64,000 nucleotides of DNA. Origin: an uncultured bacterium (lineage in GTDB: Bacteria; Oederibacteriota; Oederibacteriia; Oederibacteriales; Oederibacteriaceae). Both the position numbers and the translations under genes were made by a program. Of this stretch, positions 58,504 to 64,000 are shown piece after piece. The notes under the pieces are model-generated. The model did no database searches. It saw nothing but the letters and a program-made list of their open reading frames with translations, and had not been told where the DNA came from. The stretch spans positions 1,024,001 to 1,088,000 of the forward strand of contig OZ218778.1 of assembly GCA_965112635.1 (NCBI GenBank), written 5' to 3'. Positions within the stretch are counted from its first letter, which is position 1; every line of letters begins with the position of its first letter.

Positions 58504-59927
58504 TTGCCTCAGGAACAACAAATTATTTCCATCCCGCTATCCAAAATCCGGCCAACCCTATACATTCCAAAGAAGAGGTAGCCATCCTGGCAGCCTCCCT
58601 GACTGCCCTAGGCCTGCTGACCCCCATTAAGCTAAGGAAGTTGACCCCAGAGGAAAAGGCCCTTTACCCCGGATGTGAATATATGGTAGTAGGGGGCCAT
58701 AAACGGCTCCAGGCTGCCCTGAGCTTAGGGTGGACCGAGATCAGCGCCCAAATCCTGGACATACCGGCCCAGGAGGCGGTTTTGGCCGGCCTAGCCGATA
58801 ACCAGGGTCGCCAGATGTCCTGGCTGGAGCTCTACAGTGGCATAGAGGCGGCCATGAAAGCCGACCCTAGCCTGACCCAGGCCAAGGTGGGGGCCAGTTT
58901 GGGGGTGGACCGAACCAGTGTCAGCCGGGCTTTGAAGATCATGGGGTGCCTGGGGCCCGAGGCTAGGCATTCAATATGTGACAATGTCACAAAACCGGGT
59001 GGGTACGAGGTGTCTGAAAGGACGGTTTACCGCTTAACCGGGCTGGTGGACGAGCAAAATGCAGTAAATACAGGGGTTTTTGAAAAATGCCTGCAAATTG
59101 TGCTGGAAAAGCGTTTTACCGAGGCCAAAACCAAAGCTTTGGTCAAATGGGTCAAGGATGGCAATGAACCGCAGTCTTATGTCCAAAGTCCAATGTCCAA
59201 AGCCAAACCAGCCCCTAGTCCAAAGTCAGCCCTTGGACATTCGGCTCTGGACCCTGGACCTAACCAGGGTTCAATACCCTCAGCTATACATATCCCTAAT
59301 CCGGCTCCCTCCAATGTAGCCGATCTAAGGATGCTCTTAGACAGCCAAATGGTCAAAGAGGCTCTAACCGCACTTTCTCCTTATATTTCAAGGGTGAAAC
59401 AATGGCCATATGCAGAAACCCTTGTAAAATATATGATTTCCAGACTAACCGCTTTGTTATGGCTAACTGGCGGCCTCAATGCAGTCGGGATATTCATCTA
59501 TATATGGCTCCCGGCTTTAATGGGCCTCTTTGTCCCGCAAACCAATGGTCTTTACGGGAATTTAAACCCGTGGAACGAAGGTCTTTACGGGTGGCTCCGA
59601 ACCCTGGCCAATGTTTACCTCTGGGTGCTTTTCGCCTGCCTTATCCGGGATGAAATAGAGCGTTTGAATAAACCAGATACTTCTGTCCCAAAATCATTAG
59701 GTTTTAAAGCCCTAATTTTCTGGGCTGGGTTTTGGGTAGTTTTAAAGGTGATCTATTGGCTGGGGATTTCAGGGATGTTATCCCGTGGACCGGAGGTCTC
59801 TACGGGATGGGCTTTTCCGGTTGTCTTGAACCACACCCTGGCTGTTTGTATTTGGTTCTTTGTCTTACAATGGCTGTTTAGAAAGTTAGTATCAAAGTAT
59901 GGTCTAACTTCAAACTTTAAACTTTGA
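58504..59927 (+). pseudogene. ParB/Srx-HTH protein fused to a transmembrane domain, frameshifted near 58550
   Basis: GAGGAGG RBS plus TTG MPQEQQIISIPLSKIRP in one frame; NPANPIHSKEEVAILAASL..GLLTPI..GGHKRLQAA, HTH (LTQAKVGASLGVDRTSVSR) and ~4 TMs in another. Confidence 0.65.
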
Positions 59928-59938
59928 ACTTGAAACTG
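59904..59938 (+). repeat. Heptamer tandem repeat (NNAACTT)x5; related tracts at 58381-58405 and 58459-58485
   Basis: ctaactt caaactt taaactt tgaactt gaaactg. Confidence 0.7.
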
Positions 59939-60088
59939 CTCTTTACACCATACCCTGGCCATTTGTTTTTGGCTGTTTATTTTGCAATTTCTCTTCCGGC
60001 GAGGGGCGGAGAAGCTAAAGGCTGCTGGGGACAAAGGGTCGGTTTAGGGGTAGACTAAATTATAGGATTTTAGAGGAGTAACTAAAAA

Positions 60089-60736
60089 GTGACCAAAGAA
60101 GAGTTGATTGGAATACTAGTTGAATTAGCAAATGGACTCAAAGCAGATGCAAATACTTTTCTTTGGGCAAAATCACAAACAAACTTTGCTTCTGAATTAG
60201 TTCAGAATGATAAAAGTATTTATAGGATGGGGGGCGGCAACTTTCCTATAGCTCTAAGCTCATTGGCATTTGTTAGTCTATTAGCAAAAATATATAAAAT
60301 ATTAATTACAGATGACTGCAAAGAACTTTTTAAAGAAAATGATGTTTTTAAAGATGAGACTGGGGCAGTAAAAGATTTTATTAAAAAAATAAATAATCAA
60401 ATTAGGATAATAGAGAACATAGAAAACAATAATAGATTCTGGAAGCTACTGAGGCATGGTCTTGCCCATGTCTTTTTGCCCAAGGGTAACTCGCGTGTGT
60501 CTGCAATAGATCATTTGGATTTTAAAGGTGTGTTTAATTTTTATAGCTATGTGAAAAGCCTAAATAGCTCGCCAAATGTGGCAGCTAATACTTCAAATCA
60601 AAACGGTGGTTATGACTGTTACGCCGATTTATTGGCGGTTCGAGCTTTCGAGGCCGGCGAATGGATGAAAGAGTGTCTAATCGGTACGGCTGATTTTTCT
60701 AGTAAAGAAAATTACATAGCAAAACTATTTGATTAG
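60089..60736 (+). CDS. AT-rich hypothetical protein with HEPN-like RxxxxH motif
   Basis: LLRHGLAH; mostly helical; GAGGAG RBS; immediately upstream of the MTase genes. Confidence 0.55.
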   Translation: MTKEELIGILVELANGLKADANTFLWAKSQTNFASELVQNDKSIYRMGGGNFPIALSSLAFVSLLAKIYKILITDDCKELFKENDVFKDETGAVKDFIKKINNQIRIIENIENNNRFWKLLRHGLAHVFLPKGNSRVSAIDHLDFKGVFNFYSYVKSLNSSPNVAANTSNQNGGYDCYADLLAVRAFEAGEWMKECLIGTADFSSKENYIAKLFD

Positions 60737-60748
60737 GACATTAAAAGC

Positions 60749-61411
60749 ATGGATTTTGTAAAACAAGAAAAACAAATTGTCTCGAAAAAGCGTGTAGCTG
60801 ACCACGGGGAGGTTTTTACCCCGGCGTGGGTGGTTGAGTCCATGCTAGACCTTGTGAAAGACGAGACTGAACGCATCGACTCGCGCTTCCTGGAGCCGGC
60901 ATGTGGGAACGGGAACTTCCTTGTACAAATACTGCGGCGTAAACTTGCTGCCGTGGAACTCAAATATGGCAAGTCAGATTTTGAGCGGCAGCACTACGCG
61001 CTGCTCGCGATGATGTGCCTCTACGGCATTGAGCTGTTACCGGATAATATTAACGAATGCCGCGCGAACCTGCTCCAGATATTTTACGAGTATCTGAACC
61101 TTGTTCAGTCGGATGACTTGTATGGTGCCGCGTTCTATGTGCTATCACAAAACCTCGTACACGGCGATGCCCGGAAGATGCGTACCCACGATGACATGCC
61201 GATCACCTTCGCCGAATGGGGCTATCTGGGAAGGGGGAAGTTCCAACGGCGTGACTTCCGCCTTGATATCCTTACCCAGTCATCTGCTTTTAGTGCCGAG
61301 GGCACGCTTTTCGCCAACCTTGGTATGCACGAGATCTTTACTCCATCTAAAACATACCCGCAGATGACGGTGAGTGATCTGGCCGCTATTGTACAGGAGG
61401 CCAGAGTATGA
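60749..61411 (+). CDS. Short N6-adenine methyltransferase-like subunit (SAM-binding motifs only)
   Basis: HGEVFTP; FLEPACGNGNF; YGIEL; HGDA; no NPPY/DPPY. Confidence 0.8.
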   Translation: MDFVKQEKQIVSKKRVADHGEVFTPAWVVESMLDLVKDETERIDSRFLEPACGNGNFLVQILRRKLAAVELKYGKSDFERQHYALLAMMCLYGIELLPDNINECRANLLQIFYEYLNLVQSDDLYGAAFYVLSQNLVHGDARKMRTHDDMPITFAEWGYLGRGKFQRRDFRLDILTQSSAFSAEGTLFANLGMHEIFTPSKTYPQMTVSDLAAIVQEARV

Positions 61412-62991
61412 GCGACCAAGCCAGCTTTTCATTGCGCGGCCGTAACCCGGATGTGCTGACATGCATCGCGAACCTCTCTAATGACGAGGTGTTCACGCCC
61501 CCCTGGCTCGCAAACAGGATGCTGGACATGCTTGCCGAGGCATGGGCCGCTACAAACGGCGGCGCGGACATCTGGGCGGACAAGACAGTGAGGTTCCTGG
61601 ATCCCTTCACGAAATCTGGTGTATTTCTAAGGGAGATCACCCGTCGCCTCACCAAGGGGCTGGAAAAGGAGATTCCAGACCTGGAGAAGAGGGTTAATCA
61701 CATCCTGGCGAATCAGGTGTTCGGCATCAGTATCACGCATCTCACAGGCCTACTGGCGCGCCGGAGCGTCTATTGCTCAAAGCACGTCACCGGAAAGCAC
61801 TCGATCGCCAAGGGATTCTCTAGCGATGACGGCAACATCTGGTTTAAACGCATGAAACACGAATGGGATGGCACAAAATGTAGGTTCTGTGAAGCGACGA
61901 AAGCCAGCTTGGATCGTGAGGAAGAACTTGAGAATTACGCCTATCCTTTCATTCACACCAATAATATTAAAACTCGGATATCCGAGTGGTTTGGAGGAAC
62001 TATGCAATTCGACGTTGTTATAGGCAATCCACCCTATCAGATGAAGGGGGGGGCAGGTGGAACAAGCGATTCGTCCATCTACCATCTCTTCGTTGAGCAG
62101 GCGAAGAATCTTGAACCAAAATTCCTGTCGATGGTAGTTCCATCCCGTTGGCTCGCAGGCGGCCGCGGACTCGACGAGTTCCGCAAGGAAATGCTCAGTT
62201 CAGGCAATCTCCACAAATTGGTCGATTTCCCAGTCTCAAAAGAAGTCTTTCCAAACGTTGAGGTAATGGGTGGCATTTGCTACTTCCTCTGGTCGGCCGC
62301 CCATAGCGGCCCATGCGACGTTACATTAGTCCGCGGTGACGAGGAGTCGACTTCTTCGCGGCAACTCGACGAGTTTGATGTGTTTGTGCGAGATTCGAAG
62401 GCCGTGGGCATCTTGCGCAAGGTATTGAATGCTGGCGAGCAACCCATTACCAACATTTTGACCGCTGACACCCCCTTCGGTATCGCAACTAACTTTGACG
62501 ACTTCCATGACAAGAAAAAGTCGGGGGATGTAGCACTTTATTATGTCCGAAGTGGCAAGCGCGACATTGGATTTGTCCCACGAAGCACGATCACCAAGAA
62601 TGCGACGCTCATCGACAAGTGGAAAGTGCTTGTTCCAAAAGCGCACGGCGGACAGAAAATTCCTGATGCAGTGCTCGGCAAGCCTTGGCTGAGTCCTCCG
62701 CCATCTGTCGCTACTCAGACATTCCTCGCTTTCTGTGTGGTGAATGAGGACGAAGCGCAAAGTCTTGAGTCCTATTACCGCACCAAGTTTTTCAGGCATT
62801 TGGTCTCGTTACGTAAACTCACACAAGACGCACTGCGACCGATGTATTCATGGGTTCCCGTTCAAACGTGGAATCGACAGTGGACCGATAAAGCACTTTA
62901 CAAGAAATATGGGCTTACAAAAGAAGAGATTGACTACATCGAGGCCGTTGTTCGCCCTATGAACCACGGTACGGAGGATGGTGATGAGTAA
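61408..62991 (+). CDS. Eco57I-like N6-adenine DNA methyltransferase with C-terminal specificity region
   Basis: DEVFTP; FLDPFTKSG; FDVVIGNPPY; VVPSRW; GGICYFLW. Confidence 0.88.
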   Translation: MSDQASFSLRGRNPDVLTCIANLSNDEVFTPPWLANRMLDMLAEAWAATNGGADIWADKTVRFLDPFTKSGVFLREITRRLTKGLEKEIPDLEKRVNHILANQVFGISITHLTGLLARRSVYCSKHVTGKHSIAKGFSSDDGNIWFKRMKHEWDGTKCRFCEATKASLDREEELENYAYPFIHTNNIKTRISEWFGGTMQFDVVIGNPPYQMKGGAGGTSDSSIYHLFVEQAKNLEPKFLSMVVPSRWLAGGRGLDEFRKEMLSSGNLHKLVDFPVSKEVFPNVEVMGGICYFLWSAAHSGPCDVTLVRGDEESTSSRQLDEFDVFVRDSKAVGILRKVLNAGEQPITNILTADTPFGIATNFDDFHDKKKSGDVALYYVRSGKRDIGFVPRSTITKNATLIDKWKVLVPKAHGGQKIPDAVLGKPWLSPPPSVATQTFLAFCVVNEDEAQSLESYYRTKFFRHLVSLRKLTQDALRPMYSWVPVQTWNRQWTDKALYKKYGLTKEEIDYIEAVVRPMNHGTEDGDE

Positions 62992-64000
62992 TCCCACCAT
63001 CGAGGAAATCCTTGCGCCAAAGCCGGAGGCTCGGCCGCGCATCTACGCCTACTCGATCGATGATCCGGTGCACAAGGGCCTCCTCAAGGTGGGCCAAACC
63101 ACGCGCAACGTGAGGCAACGTGTCGCCGAGCAACTGAAAACTGCCGCCATTAAGAATTATCGGATTGAACTGGATGAATTTGCCGAGCGCAGCGATGGAA
63201 CCATCTTTAGTGATTACGACGTAAGAGTGGAGCTCGTCAAGAAGGGCTTCACGAACACCGAGTTGGAGTGGATGCGGTGCTCCGTTGCAGATGTACGGAC
63301 CGTGCTCGCAGAAATCCGCCGTGGCCATGTGTTCACTGGAACTCATCACCAGACATTTTCAATGCGCCGTGAACAAGTTGAGGCGGTGAATAAGACTCAT
63401 GCCTACTTCCACTCCATCTGGAAGGAGGATATGCACGCAGTCCCTCGTTTTCTCTGGAACGCGAAGATGCGCTTCGGCAAGACGTTCACCACCTATCAGC
63501 TCGCCCGGAAACTTGGCGCTAAACGCGTGCTTGTGTTGACCTTCAAGCCCGCAGTAGAGGATGCGTGGCAGACAGACCTCGAGTCGCACGTTGATTTCGA
63601 CGACTGGCAATATCTCTCGCGTCACTCAGACAAGGATCCCAGCAAGATCGAACGTAAGAGGCCAGTCGTATATTTCGGCTCCTTCCAGGACCTCCTAGGG
63701 CGCGATGAGGTAGGGAATATAAAAGCGAAGAATGAATGGCTCCACAAAGTGAAGTGGGACCTCGTAGTTTTTGATGAGTACCACTTTGGTGCCTGGCGGG
63801 AGACTGCGAAAGAGCTGTTTGAGGGCGAGGAAGAGGCGGTCGCCACAAAGGAGACCAAACTCGAATATGCCTCCAGCTTGGAACACGTGAACGAAGACCT
63901 TAGCGAACTCTCAGAGAAGGAAATCGAGTTCCTGCCTATTGAAACCAAGGCATACCTTTATCTTTCAGGCACGCCGTTCAAAGCGCTGGCCACGGGCGAA
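62984..64000 (+). CDS. GIY-YIG(T5orf172-like) nuclease fused to SF2 helicase, restriction subunit (3' truncated by window end)
   Basis: Not in the ORF track; read manually: MSNPTIEE..RIYAY..LLKVGQTTR..RV; later WNAKMRFGKT (Walker A) and VFDEYHFG (Walker B). Confidence 0.85.
   Translation, partial: MSNPTIEEILAPKPEARPRIYAYSIDDPVHKGLLKVGQTTRNVRQRVAEQLKTAAIKNYRIELDEFAERSDGTIFSDYDVRVELVKKGFTNTELEWMRCSVADVRTVLAEIRRGHVFTGTHHQTFSMRREQVEAVNKTHAYFHSIWKEDMHAVPRFLWNAKMRFGKTFTTYQLARKLGAKRVLVLTFKPAVEDAWQTDLESHVDFDDWQYLSRHSDKDPSKIERKRPVVYFGSFQDLLGRDEVGNIKAKNEWLHKVKWDLVVFDEYHFGAWRETAKELFEGEEEAVATKETKLEYASSLEHVNEDLSELSEKEIEFLPIETKAYLYLSGTPFKALATGE

Overview
Bacterial chromosomal segment, mostly GC-rich, standard genetic code; lineage cannot be assigned from sequence alone. 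Most of the window is housekeeping on the + strand: nadA, rlmD, amt-glnK-amt, DUF5693-like/csaB, ftsEX-envC, glpD, greA, tkt, queF, mfd with two parvulin PPIases, large SRP RNA-dnaX-ybaB-recR, eno-gpmA-holB-metG. There are two accessory zones. One is an AT-rich insert (~1.4-4.5 kb) bracketed by REP-like palindromes. The other is a defence-like island after metG (57.7-64 kb): RHH-PIN toxin-antitoxin pair, frameshifted ParB-HTH-transmembrane gene, HEPN-like ORF, and two methyltransferase-like genes plus a GIY-YIG/helicase gene that runs off the window. Signals not in the ORF track: (1) a CmtR-type ArsR metal sensor whose only apparent operon partner is a 9-aa peptide MGPKKPCGC with a strong RBS; (2) two copies of a dual-hairpin plus terminator leader (ANTAR-type attenuator), one before each amt; (3) a ParB frameshift exactly explained by loss of one 10-bp tandem repeat, plus an orphan alternative C-terminus; (4) a PPP-containing uORF ahead of a DUF5107-like/TPR gene; (5) nested hairpin MITE-like elements. 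No CRISPR array, tRNA or rRNA was seen. All family assignments are by eye, not by database search.
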